NCBI GenBank assembly: GCA_009841265.1
Contig: VXMB01000009.1
Span: 229,911-293,910 of the forward strand
DNA from: Gemmatimonadota bacterium
GTDB lineage: Bacteria; JAAXHH01
DNA length: 64,000 bases
Direction: 5' to 3'
Below are positions 10,601-19,228 of this stretch, piece after piece. The translations under genes and the position numbers were made by a program. A model generated the notes under the pieces. It searched no databases. It saw only the letters and a list, made by a program, of their open reading frames with translations, and had not been told where the DNA came from. The first letter of the stretch is position 1. Each line of letters opens with the position of its first letter.

Positions 10601-10690
10601 CCCTGGCAGGCGCCGGCCGACCCCGGCAGACGCCGGCCGACCCCGGCAGACGCCGGCCGACCCCGGCAGGCTCCGGCCGACCCGTCCTGA
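10601..10690. repeat. tandem 20-bp repeat, ~4.5 copies (ccccggcagacgccggccga), each with an inverted repeat CCGGC-N4-GCCGG
   Basis: read directly at 10601-10690; ends ~10 nt upstream of the RBS/ATG of the 10700 ORF. Confidence 0.85.
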
Positions 10691-10699
10691 GAAGGAACG

Positions 10700-11080
10700 A
10701 TGGACCCACTGACCGCGCAGTTGAAAACGATCAAAGTGCGTTTCGAAGACGGCGTGCTGACCAGGGAGGACATCGACAAAGCGATCGCCCTGTCGGAAAA
10801 CGCCGAAGCGAAGCACAGCCCGGGTGACGGCCGCCAGAGCCTGCTCTATCTGCAAGCGCCCACGACCAACCCCCATTCAGCGGTGGTCGGCATCAGTATC
10901 TACGAAGACGGGACGGATTCCGACGGGCTCGACGACAACGGCGAATTCCGGTACCGGTCGATCAAGGAGGCCCTGGACGACGGCTGGCGCATCATCAAGT
11001 TTCCCGAAGCGTCCCTCGCCATGCGGGAACAGGATACCTACGGGCTCGGATACGAGTTCGTGCTGGAGCGATGGAGATAG
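10700..11080 (+). CDS. hypothetical protein
   Basis: 126 aa; good RBS (gaaggaacg) before the ATG; no motif recognised. Confidence 0.35.
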   Translation: MDPLTAQLKTIKVRFEDGVLTREDIDKAIALSENAEAKHSPGDGRQSLLYLQAPTTNPHSAVVGISIYEDGTDSDGLDDNGEFRYRSIKEALDDGWRIIKFPEASLAMREQDTYGLGYEFVLERWR

Positions 11081-11083
11081 GAG

Positions 11084-11968
11084 ATGGAGACCGCGATGAC
11101 CGGAGCGCCTTACGGAGAAAAGATGGACTGCGCGCCGACGCTGACGGACCGCGAGGTGGTCGATTTCTGCCGGAACGGTTACCTGATGCTCCCCGGTGTC
11201 GTGCCGGACGACGTCAACAGGCAGGTCATCGACTACCTGGACCGCGTCGACAGTACCTACGAGCCCACGCCCATCATGAAGGAGTCCTTCTTCTTGGACG
11301 GCGTGCTCATGAACCCGCAGGCGGCGGGCGCCGTCCGGTCGCTCCTGGGAAGCGGCTTCACTCTGCCGCTCATCATCAGCAACCACCGGGGTCCCCTGCC
11401 CTTCGACCAGCCCCAGAACTGGCACCGGGACGGCGGCACGATCTATACGGACCAGCTGGAATACCTGCAGGTCTTCTACTATCCGGAGGAATGCACCGAG
11501 GACATGGGGCCGACCGTGGTGCTGCCCGGGTCGCACTTCATGCGGAACAAGGCGCCCATGATGGCCCATCTCGGCTCCATACGGGGGACCGTATCGTCGG
11601 CCGGTCCGGCCGGCACGATCTTTCTCACCGTCTACGGGATCTGGCACCGCAGGTCGCGGGCCACATCGGGCCCGAGAGGCAAGAGCAGGTTCCGCAACCT
11701 GCTCAAGTACAACTACTGGCGGACCGTACCGCCGCGGCGAGACTGGATCACGGAAGAGGACATCGACTTCAACACCATCAAATTCGATCCGCCGTCGGGC
11801 GTGTTCGAGCAGTTCCAGGGCGCCATCGCGGCCGCACGGATGTTCACCTGGCTCTGCGGCGCGGAGGACGAGTACCGGAAAAGAGGCGGACAGTGCTGGC
11901 CCATCGCCACCACCGTCCGGGAAGGCGTGAACCAGGAGGGGGCGCCCAGGTCGCTGGCGAACCCGTAA
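11084..11968 (+). CDS. phytanoyl-CoA dioxygenase (PhyH) family Fe(II)/2OG oxygenase
   Basis: 294 aa; H-x-D...H triad context (WHRDGG...LPGSHF) and PhyH-like N-terminus. Confidence 0.7.
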   Translation: METAMTGAPYGEKMDCAPTLTDREVVDFCRNGYLMLPGVVPDDVNRQVIDYLDRVDSTYEPTPIMKESFFLDGVLMNPQAAGAVRSLLGSGFTLPLIISNHRGPLPFDQPQNWHRDGGTIYTDQLEYLQVFYYPEECTEDMGPTVVLPGSHFMRNKAPMMAHLGSIRGTVSSAGPAGTIFLTVYGIWHRRSRATSGPRGKSRFRNLLKYNYWRTVPPRRDWITEEDIDFNTIKFDPPSGVFEQFQGAIAAARMFTWLCGAEDEYRKRGGQCWPIATTVREGVNQEGAPRSLANP

Positions 11969-12111
11969 GGTCCGGCGGGTGGCTGCGGTCCGGCACGGGA
12001 ACACGGACCGGGCGTCGGGCCGAGTAGGGACCGTCGCAACCAAGACCATCAACCCATCGCACAAAAAGTGCGGTCGCCGGAGGGTGAATTCCGCACGGAA
12101 AGAAGCAGGCC

Positions 12112-13338
12112 ATGAAAATTACCGACATCGCAATTACCCATATCAATCCGAAACTCGCGGAACGGAACGTCGACAAGACGGTCCAGTTCAGGACCATCGA
12201 TACCCAGACGGTCTTCAAGGTCACCGCAGACAACGGGGTGGTCGGGTTCGGGGAGAGCCGGGGTCACGTCACGATGGACATCGGGGACGTGGAGCGGTTG
12301 ACCGGCAGCAGTCCCTTCGACCACATCAACGCGGGCTATCCCGTGGGTCTCATGGGCGCGCTTTACGATCTCATGGGCAGGCATCTCGAGATCCCGGCCT
12401 ACAAGCTCATGGGACAGAAGGTGCGGGACCGGGTGCCCGTCGCGGCGTGGACCCGCGTAGCGTCCCCCGAAGAACTGGCCGACGAGGTGGTGCGCGCCGT
12501 GGACGAAGGGTACATGATCTTCAAGATGCACACGGGCGAGTACTACGATGTATACGAGCAGAACAGCGCCGTGGAAGAGGTCGCTCCGGCCGGATTCAAG
12601 ATGCACTACGACTTCAATCACAACCGGTCACTCGCCGACGTGTCGCGCATCGTCGAGCACCTCGAGAAGTCGCCCGTCGTCGGCGTGATCGAGGATCCCA
12701 TGGCCTGGCGCGACGTGGAGGGCTGGCGGCGCCTGCGCGAGCAGACGTCGATCCCCCTGCTGATGCACGTGCCGCAGTTGGGCGGCGGTCCTGAGATCGC
12801 CCTTGGATGCGCCGACGCTTACATGATCGGCGAGCACGGCATCGGAATGAGCCTGAAGCGGGGGTTCGCCTGTGCCGAGGCGAACGTCTCCACCGTGATC
12901 CAGATGACCGGGGGCACGCTCAATAAGGCGATGGCGCTCCACCTCGGCGCGGTGATTCCCAACGTGATGCATACGGTCAACCTGGACGACCAGTACGGAG
13001 AGGACGTGACCGGCGGCCGGATCGAGGTGGCGGACGGCTGTTCGCCCGTGCCGGAGGGACCCGGCCTCGGCGTCGAAGTCGACGAAGACGAACTGGTGCG
13101 CATCGCCGGGAACCCGGTCACCGAGCTTCCCCGGCACATCGCGAAGACCCGCCTGCCCAGCGGCAACATCTACTATACCATCGGGTATCCCTCGGTCCAT
13201 CGGCTGACCGGTTTCACCGAAGGCAACATCCGGGGAATCCGGCTGGACATCTGGGAAGAAGACGGCAGTTCATCCTGGCAGGAGACCTACGACTGGATCG
13301 AACGCCGTGGACCCTTCATGCGCAAGGAGTCGGAATGA
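12112..13338 (+). CDS. mandelate racemase/muconate lactonizing enzyme (enolase superfamily)
   Basis: 408 aa; N-terminal capping domain MKITDI..., barrel with KxK and metal-binding D/E/D pattern; 4-nt overlap with the downstream epimerase. Confidence 0.75.
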   Translation: MKITDIAITHINPKLAERNVDKTVQFRTIDTQTVFKVTADNGVVGFGESRGHVTMDIGDVERLTGSSPFDHINAGYPVGLMGALYDLMGRHLEIPAYKLMGQKVRDRVPVAAWTRVASPEELADEVVRAVDEGYMIFKMHTGEYYDVYEQNSAVEEVAPAGFKMHYDFNHNRSLADVSRIVEHLEKSPVVGVIEDPMAWRDVEGWRRLREQTSIPLLMHVPQLGGGPEIALGCADAYMIGEHGIGMSLKRGFACAEANVSTVIQMTGGTLNKAMALHLGAVIPNVMHTVNLDDQYGEDVTGGRIEVADGCSPVPEGPGLGVEVDEDELVRIAGNPVTELPRHIAKTRLPSGNIYYTIGYPSVHRLTGFTEGNIRGIRLDIWEEDGSSSWQETYDWIERRGPFMRKESE

Positions 13339-14039
13339 ACGAAACACCCCGCATACTCGTCACAGGTTCCGCCGGCGTCATCGGAACAACCATCGTAAAC
13401 GGACTTAAAGACAAATACCCCCTCCGCGGTTTCGATCGGGTGCCGACTCCGGGCCTGGAAGACGAAGTCGTGGCGGACATCACCGACATGGACGCGGTGC
13501 TTCAGGCCACCGAAGGGATGGACGCGGTGATCCACCTGGCCGGCAATCCCTCCGGCGGCGCGTCGTGGGAGGAAATCCTCCACGCCAACTTCATCGGGAC
13601 CTATACGCTGTTCGAAGCGGCCAATCACAATGGCGTGCGCCGGGTGGCCTTCGCCAGCAGGGCCGGATTGCTGGCGCCATATCCGCAGGACGTGTACCGC
13701 AGGATCGACATGCCGCCCCGTCCGGAGAGCTACTATTCCATCAGCAAGGTCTTCGGGGAAAGCCTGGGATACATGTACGCGGTGCGGTTCGACATGGAGG
13801 TCGTATGCGTGCGCATCGGGAACTTTCAGAAACAGCGGGACCTGCCCGGCCATCCCCACCACCTCAGTCACGGAGACGCGGTGCGGGTGTTCGAACGGGC
13901 GGTCATCCACCCCTGCGTCCGGTTCGAGGTCGTTTTCGGTGTGTCCGACAGCACGTGGGACCTGTACGACCTGGATCACGGCCGCCAGGCGATCGACTAT
14001 TTCCCCCAGGACAAATCAGTCATCGATCCGGAAGCCTGA
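13335..14039 (+). CDS. NAD-dependent epimerase/dehydratase (extended SDR)
   Basis: 234 aa; Rossmann ILVTGSAGVIGT; YxxxK context. Confidence 0.7.
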   Translation: MNETPRILVTGSAGVIGTTIVNGLKDKYPLRGFDRVPTPGLEDEVVADITDMDAVLQATEGMDAVIHLAGNPSGGASWEEILHANFIGTYTLFEAANHNGVRRVAFASRAGLLAPYPQDVYRRIDMPPRPESYYSISKVFGESLGYMYAVRFDMEVVCVRIGNFQKQRDLPGHPHHLSHGDAVRVFERAVIHPCVRFEVVFGVSDSTWDLYDLDHGRQAIDYFPQDKSVIDPEA

Positions 14040-14087
14040 TCTTTCTGGCGCGTCTGGCCGCGGCCGAACGCGCCTGGCCGTGTCCGG

Positions 14088-14903
14088 TTAAAGCGACGTC
14101 CAGCCGCCGTCGACCATGAGCGCGACCCCGGTGACGTACCCGGACGCGTCGGAGGCCAGGAAGACCACCGCGCCCTTGAGGTCCTCGTTGTCCAGCATGC
14201 GTCCAAGCGGCACGCGATGTTCATACCGTTGCACGAACGGTCCGGGCTGTTCATTGAAATATCCGCCAGGGCAGATGCAGTTGGCCCGTACGCCCTGCTT
14301 CCCGTAGTAGTTCGCGATGTACCGGGTGAAATTGATCATGCCCCCCTTGACGAAGGTGTAGTCCGGCGGTTGCTTCATGCCGGTTTCTTCGTAAAGGCCG
14401 GGGTCGTTGGCCACGACGCCGTAGATACTCGATATATTGATGATGCTGCCGCTACCTTGGCCGGCCATGACGGGGACGAAGGCCTTGCAAAGGGCGAAGA
14501 GCCCCACCATGTTCCCCTGGGCGCTGGCGGCCCAGTAGTCCGGAGTCTGCTCGTCGAAACCGCCGCCGCGGCCGACCACGGCGCTGTTGACCAGGACGTC
14601 CACGCGGCCGTAACGGTCCATTACTCGTCGTTTCAGGTCGTCGATCGATTCGGTACTCGTGATGTCCAGCGCCTCGGGGTGGGTGTCGAATCCCCGTTCG
14701 TTCAGTCCTGCGACGAACTGCCGGTTGTTTTCCAGGTCCCGCGAAGCGACGACCACCGTGGCGCCGGCCTCGGCCAGGGCCTCGGAGATGCTGCTTCCGA
14801 ACTGCGGTCCGGCGCCGCCCGTGACGACGGCGATGCGTCCGGCCAGGGAAAAGCTGTCGAGTACGCCCATGAGTAGGCTCCTGTCGTTCAACTTTGTAGA
14901 CAA
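14088..14903 (-). CDS. SDR-family oxidoreductase
   Basis: 271 aa; AVVTGGAGxxxG Rossmann motif, NSAV, and catalytic S...Y...K. Confidence 0.75.
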   Translation of the reverse strand: MSTKLNDRSLLMGVLDSFSLAGRIAVVTGGAGPQFGSSISEALAEAGATVVVASRDLENNRQFVAGLNERGFDTHPEALDITSTESIDDLKRRVMDRYGRVDVLVNSAVVGRGGGFDEQTPDYWAASAQGNMVGLFALCKAFVPVMAGQGSGSIINISSIYGVVANDPGLYEETGMKQPPDYTFVKGGMINFTRYIANYYGKQGVRANCICPGGYFNEQPGPFVQRYEHRVPLGRMLDNEDLKGAVVFLASDASGYVTGVALMVDGGWTSL

Positions 14904-15047
14904 TTACTAGACGGTGTATCGACAAAGTATATATCGTGCCATCATGCGGGACAAAGCCTTTGTACCCGCCGGATTCGACAGGTAAGCCGTAACGCCTTGC
15001 AGGTCCACGAGTAGAGATCTGAAGCCATTTCGCCTGAGGAGCAGACC

Positions 15048-15890
15048 ATGATCTGGGGGAGCGGAGACTATTGTTACGAGAAGGTGCCGGAGTGGGGATC
15101 CGAGCGCACGCTGGGCATCGCCACGGCCGTGGCCGTGGATTCGCGGGACCGGGTCTACGTCGTCGACAGGGAGCCGAGTCCCGCCGTGGTGGTCTACGAC
15201 CGGGACGGCCGCCTGCTGGACGAATGGGGTCACGACATACTGGCCCTGCCCCACGAGATATGGATCGACTGGGAGGACAGGATCTTCATTCCGGACTGCA
15301 GAGATCATACCGTCCGGGTGTTCGCGACCGACGGCACCCTGCTACAGACGCTGGGAGAGCCGAACCGGGCCGGAGAGCCGGGCAAACCCTTCAACATGCC
15401 GACGCGCGCCGTCAAAGGCGCTTCCGGGGACCTGTACGTCTCCGACGGGTACGGGCAGTGTTTCGTGCACCGGATGACGCCCTCTGGAGACCTGGTCCGG
15501 ACCTGGGGCGGAAGAGGTGCCGAACCCGGCCGGTTCACCCTCCCGCACAACATCTTCCCCGTGTCCGACGGCCGCCTGCTCGTCGCCGACCGGGAGACCA
15601 ATAACCGGATCCAGGTTTTCGATTCCGAGGGCAGCTTCCTCTCGGAATGGCCCGGCCGTCCCGCGCCCTGCGGCCTGTTTGTCGATGACGAGGATACGGT
15701 CTTCCTGGGCGAGGGCGGCGGGGTCACCATCATGAACATGGACGGAAGGCTCATCGCCCAGTGGGTCGTCCGGGGCGGACCGGTCGACCGGGCCCATGGC
15801 GCCCACAGCGTCTGGGTCGACCGCCACGGGGATATCTACGTGGGCGAGGTGGGCGTGGAGAACCTCGTGCATAAATACGTCCGCGTTTGA
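15048..15890 (+). CDS. NHL-repeat beta-propeller protein
   Basis: 280 aa; repeated ...VAVDxxDRVYVxD... / ...YVSDGYG... blades. Confidence 0.6.
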   Translation: MIWGSGDYCYEKVPEWGSERTLGIATAVAVDSRDRVYVVDREPSPAVVVYDRDGRLLDEWGHDILALPHEIWIDWEDRIFIPDCRDHTVRVFATDGTLLQTLGEPNRAGEPGKPFNMPTRAVKGASGDLYVSDGYGQCFVHRMTPSGDLVRTWGGRGAEPGRFTLPHNIFPVSDGRLLVADRETNNRIQVFDSEGSFLSEWPGRPAPCGLFVDDEDTVFLGEGGGVTIMNMDGRLIAQWVVRGGPVDRAHGAHSVWVDRHGDIYVGEVGVENLVHKYVRV

Positions 15891-15928
15891 CGGACCGAAT
15901 TTCCCTGAATACATCCCCGCATGCATCT

Positions 15929-16147
15929 ATGAATCCTCTCCCTTCCGACCGACATTTTCCCCGATGGATCTGGGCCGTCTACGCGGCCCTCTTCGCCCTG
16001 TCGATACCGTGGTACCTCCCGGAGATTGAACCGGTCCCGGTCTGGATCGGCGTTCCGTACTGGGTCGTGATCTGCCTGGCGGCCTGCCTGGCCATCGCGT
16101 GCTTCACCGCGTTCGTGATACACCGATACTGGAGGGAGGACGGATAA
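15929..16147 (+). CDS. small two-TM membrane protein coupled to the SSS transporter (DUF3311-like)
   Basis: ORF 15887..16147; in-frame ATG at 15929; ends 4 nt before the symporter start; this is the typical small partner position of solute:Na+ symporters. Confidence 0.45.
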   Translation: MNPLPSDRHFPRWIWAVYAALFALSIPWYLPEIEPVPVWIGVPYWVVICLAACLAIACFTAFVIHRYWREDG

Positions 16148-16150
16148 CCC

Positions 16151-17641
16151 ATGGCGGATCAGCCTTACGGCCCCGGCGCCTTCGCCTTCCTGGCCGCCTA
16201 CCTCGTCTTCATGATCGTCCTGGGATACGTGGCCCGGTCCCGCCGCCGGGACGATTCCATGTCCTCCTTCTACCTGGCGGGCAAGAACCTGGGCGCCCTG
16301 GTTCTCTTCTTCACGCTCTACGCGACCCAGTACAGCGGAAACACGCTCATCGGCTATCCAGGCGAGGCCTACCGGCTGGGATACGCCTGGATCATGAGCG
16401 TCGGTTTCATGATGGCCATCGTGGTGGCCTACCTGCTCTTCGCGCCGCCGCTCTACCGCGCGTCGCAGCGGGGCAACTTCGTGACGCCGGGCGACTGGAT
16501 CACCCATCGATTCGGTGCGGACGGAAGATCCGGACTGACCCTCTTCGCCGGCGTGCTGTTCGTGGTCGCCATCGCCAACTACCTGCTCGCGCAGCTCCTG
16601 GCGGTTGGGCACATCGTTTCCGGCCTGTCTGGCGGCGCCATTCCGTTCTGGGCGGGCGTGGTGATCCTCGCGGTCATCATCCTGTTTTATGAGACCCTCG
16701 GCGGCATGCAGGCCGTGGCGTGGACCGACTGCATCCAGGGCCTGCTTCTCTTCGTCGGCCTGCTGGGCATGCTGGCCGCCGTGGTCGCGGGGAGCGACCG
16801 CCTCGGTGAAGCGACGGCGTGGATCATCGCCCATCAGCCTGCGAAAGCCGCGCTTCCCGAGGGAGAAACGATCCGTACCTGGATCAGCACCATCCTGCTG
16901 GTCGGCTTCGCCGCCGCCGTCTATCCCCAGGCCATACAACGCATCTTCGCCGCCCGGAGCACCCGCAGCCTGAAGCGGTCGTTCACCTTCATGGCCTTCA
17001 TGCCCCTGGCCACCATCTCGGCGGTCGTGCTCGTCGGGATCCTCGCCATCCCGCAGCTATCGGGCCTGGAGGGTGTCGAAACCGACCAGGTCATGCCCCG
17101 CCTGCTTCGGGTCTGGGCCGCCGAATCGCTCTGGCTCTACGTCATGACCGTGCTCGTCCTCACCGGCATCGTCGCGGCGATCATGTCGACGGCCGACTCC
17201 GTCCTGCTCAGCCTCTCTTCCCTGCTCGTCAAGGACGTGCTGGGCCGGTTCCGGATGGGTTCGCTCCCGGAAGCGCGCCATACCGCGTGGGGGAAGCGCC
17301 TGTCCTGGATCATCATGGCCATCCTGGTCCTCATCGCCCTGACGCCGGATCTCACCCTGTGGGGACTCATCGAGCTGAAGATGGAGGTGCTGATCCAGAC
17401 TGCCCCGCTGTTTGTACTTGGGGTGCTGTGGCCGCGATTCAGCGCGTCAGGCGCGGCCGCGGGCATGGCCGCGGGCACGGTACTCGCGGCCGGGCTGACC
17501 CTCGCGGGCATGGGCAAGGTCTGGGGCTGGCACGCCGGCGTGCTGGGCCTTGCGCTGAACGTGATTGTGGGGGTGGCGGTGAGTTGGGCAGGGCGTTCCC
17601 ATCGGTTCAGATCACCGAATATACTTGACTTTTGTAACTAA
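16151..17641 (+). CDS. sodium:solute symporter (SSS) family transporter
   Basis: 496 aa; 13-14 TM helices; SSS-family N-terminal region (YLAGKNLGALVLFFTLYATQYSGNTLIG). Confidence 0.8.
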   Translation: MADQPYGPGAFAFLAAYLVFMIVLGYVARSRRRDDSMSSFYLAGKNLGALVLFFTLYATQYSGNTLIGYPGEAYRLGYAWIMSVGFMMAIVVAYLLFAPPLYRASQRGNFVTPGDWITHRFGADGRSGLTLFAGVLFVVAIANYLLAQLLAVGHIVSGLSGGAIPFWAGVVILAVIILFYETLGGMQAVAWTDCIQGLLLFVGLLGMLAAVVAGSDRLGEATAWIIAHQPAKAALPEGETIRTWISTILLVGFAAAVYPQAIQRIFAARSTRSLKRSFTFMAFMPLATISAVVLVGILAIPQLSGLEGVETDQVMPRLLRVWAAESLWLYVMTVLVLTGIVAAIMSTADSVLLSLSSLLVKDVLGRFRMGSLPEARHTAWGKRLSWIIMAILVLIALTPDLTLWGLIELKMEVLIQTAPLFVLGVLWPRFSASGAAAGMAAGTVLAAGLTLAGMGKVWGWHAGVLGLALNVIVGVAVSWAGRSHRFRSPNILDFCN

Positions 17642-17705
17642 ATGACATATATTAGTCGCTACGTCGGAACATAGTCGGATGTCAATTTTCGAAAGGAGTA
17701 AAATC

Positions 17706-17957
17706 ATGAGAAGTGGCGATGAAATGTTAAAGCAGATCGTAGAGAAGTCCTCCCTGGATTCGGATTTCAGGCAAAAGCTGATCGCGGACCCGAAGTCGAC
17801 CATCTGTGAGGAACTGGACATTACGATGCCGGAATCCATGTCGATCCAGGTCCACGAAAGCGATATGCAGACGGTACATATCGCACTGCCCCCGGATGCG
17901 AATATCACCGAGGAGCAGCTTGAAGCCGTCTCGGCCGGACTCTGCTGCTGCTGGTAA
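17706..17957 (+). CDS. NHLP (nitrile-hydratase-leader-peptide) family RiPP precursor; predicted core LCCCW
   Basis: ORF 17679..17957; strong RBS aggag 7 nt before the second ATG (17706); leader KQIVEKSSLDSDFRQKLIADPKSTICEELDITMPESMSIQVHESDMQTVHIALPP...EEQLEAVSAG matches the NHLP consensus, including the EAV-[AS]-[GA]-G double-Gly-type cleavage site; followed by LCCCW-stop. Confidence 0.7.
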   Translation: MRSGDEMLKQIVEKSSLDSDFRQKLIADPKSTICEELDITMPESMSIQVHESDMQTVHIALPPDANITEEQLEAVSAGLCCCW

Positions 17958-18013
17958 ATCGAATCAACACACCGGTTGTCATGCGGATGCCTGGCAGTCG
18001 CATGATGTGGTAG

Positions 18014-18063
18014 ATAAAAAAAGTCCTCCCCGATCATCCTGGTCGAGGAGGACTTTTGCTTTG
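18014..18063. terminator. bidirectional rho-independent terminator between convergent genes
   Basis: AAAAAAAGTCCTCC-(18-nt loop)-GGAGGACTTTTGCTTT; perfect 8-bp GC-rich stem flanked by an A-run and a T-run. Confidence 0.6.
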
Positions 18064-18100
18064 ATGGCCTGACGTTTCGCTCGGTTCGAGCGAATGGCGT

Positions 18101-19219
18101 TCAGTTCGCGTGCGCACCGGAAAGCACCATGTATAGATAGGCCTTGGCCTGTGCCAGCCGGTTTCCGGATATGACCAGCTTGATGTGATGTATGCCTCGC
18201 AACATGAGAAAAGGCCCGGTCTTGCCAAACAATGTCGTGGGTTTGGAAGCCCAGTCCGCAAGGGCCGCGAGCTTCTCCGGAACGACATAATCCTCATAGC
18301 CCAACGCATCCAGAACGGGATCCCAGTCGGTCATGCCGTCGATCCAGTAACGGGAATCCTGCGTGTACCTCTGCTTGACGATGGGCGTCAGCCCGAGTGT
18401 GGGCCCCAGCCCGTCTGCCCGCACGTCTACGTTTAAGCCAGCGCTCACGATGTCCGCCCTTTCCCTCAGGCGCGCGAGCACGGATTCGACCGCGGAAACC
18501 TGCCCCGGCCATCCGGTGTTTTCAAGATAAGGGCCGATTCCGTCCTCCGCGCTGAAACCCATGATCGCCAGGCGGACCGTGCGCTTCCGGGACGGAAACA
18601 CGCCGAAGGAGTCCAGGCGCGTGTCTTCCGGTTGCGCCAGGTAGACCCGTTCGGCGTTTTCTCGCTCAGCGGCTATCCTTTCCCAACCGACGCTGGAAAC
18701 GAGGGCGTCGACCACGATGCCGACGTCATGCTGGAGTCCGGCGCCGCCGAACAGCGTGCGTTCGTTGGGCCGCAGAAACAGGCCCGGCAACGATTTTTCT
18801 TCACCCGGCGCCGAGCCTACGTCATACTCCAGCATCAGCTTCCGCCCCACGATCTCTCTCAGCGACGAATGCTCGGCTTCCATTTCCCCGAACAGCCGCC
18901 TTACCGCTCCAGCCGTTTCATCCGTCTCGTCTGTCCGCGCTTGCGCTTCAAAAAAGTCCCCCGATCGGTTTCCGCTTGCCAGCGAGACGCCGAAGTCCGC
19001 CACGGGCCGGCTATCGTGCAGCGGAAGTTCAAAACCGAAGGGCTGGGCGCCCATCGTTATGGGCAGTTGCGTCGATTGTTTCAGTACAAGCCCCCATTCC
19101 CGCGCTCCGATCAGACCGGGTGAAATCCCATTTCGCAACTGCGCCAGCAACTCGGCCATCGTTTCGCCCTCTATGGCGAGACGATCCTGGGTGTGCAGGA
19201 CGGCATCGTCGATATTCAC
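18101..19219 (-). CDS. hypothetical protein, last gene of the RiPP operon (candidate tailoring enzyme)
   Basis: 372 aa; 9-nt gap after the YcaO gene; no motif recognised. Confidence 0.4.
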   Translation of the reverse strand: MNIDDAVLHTQDRLAIEGETMAELLAQLRNGISPGLIGAREWGLVLKQSTQLPITMGAQPFGFELPLHDSRPVADFGVSLASGNRSGDFFEAQARTDETDETAGAVRRLFGEMEAEHSSLREIVGRKLMLEYDVGSAPGEEKSLPGLFLRPNERTLFGGAGLQHDVGIVVDALVSSVGWERIAAERENAERVYLAQPEDTRLDSFGVFPSRKRTVRLAIMGFSAEDGIGPYLENTGWPGQVSAVESVLARLRERADIVSAGLNVDVRADGLGPTLGLTPIVKQRYTQDSRYWIDGMTDWDPVLDALGYEDYVVPEKLAALADWASKPTTLFGKTGPFLMLRGIHHIKLVISGNRLAQAKAYLYMVLSGAHAN

Positions 19220-19228
19220 CTTGCCTCC

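Noticed and set aside
10601-10690. Possible CRISPR array
   Set aside because: The repeats are contiguous with no spacers and only 20 bp long. This is a simple tandem repeat.
17679-17705. Upstream ATG (17679) as precursor start
   Set aside because: It has no RBS, whereas the ATG at 17706 is preceded by aggag at ideal spacing. The extra 9 residues (MSIFERSKI) are not part of the NHLP consensus.
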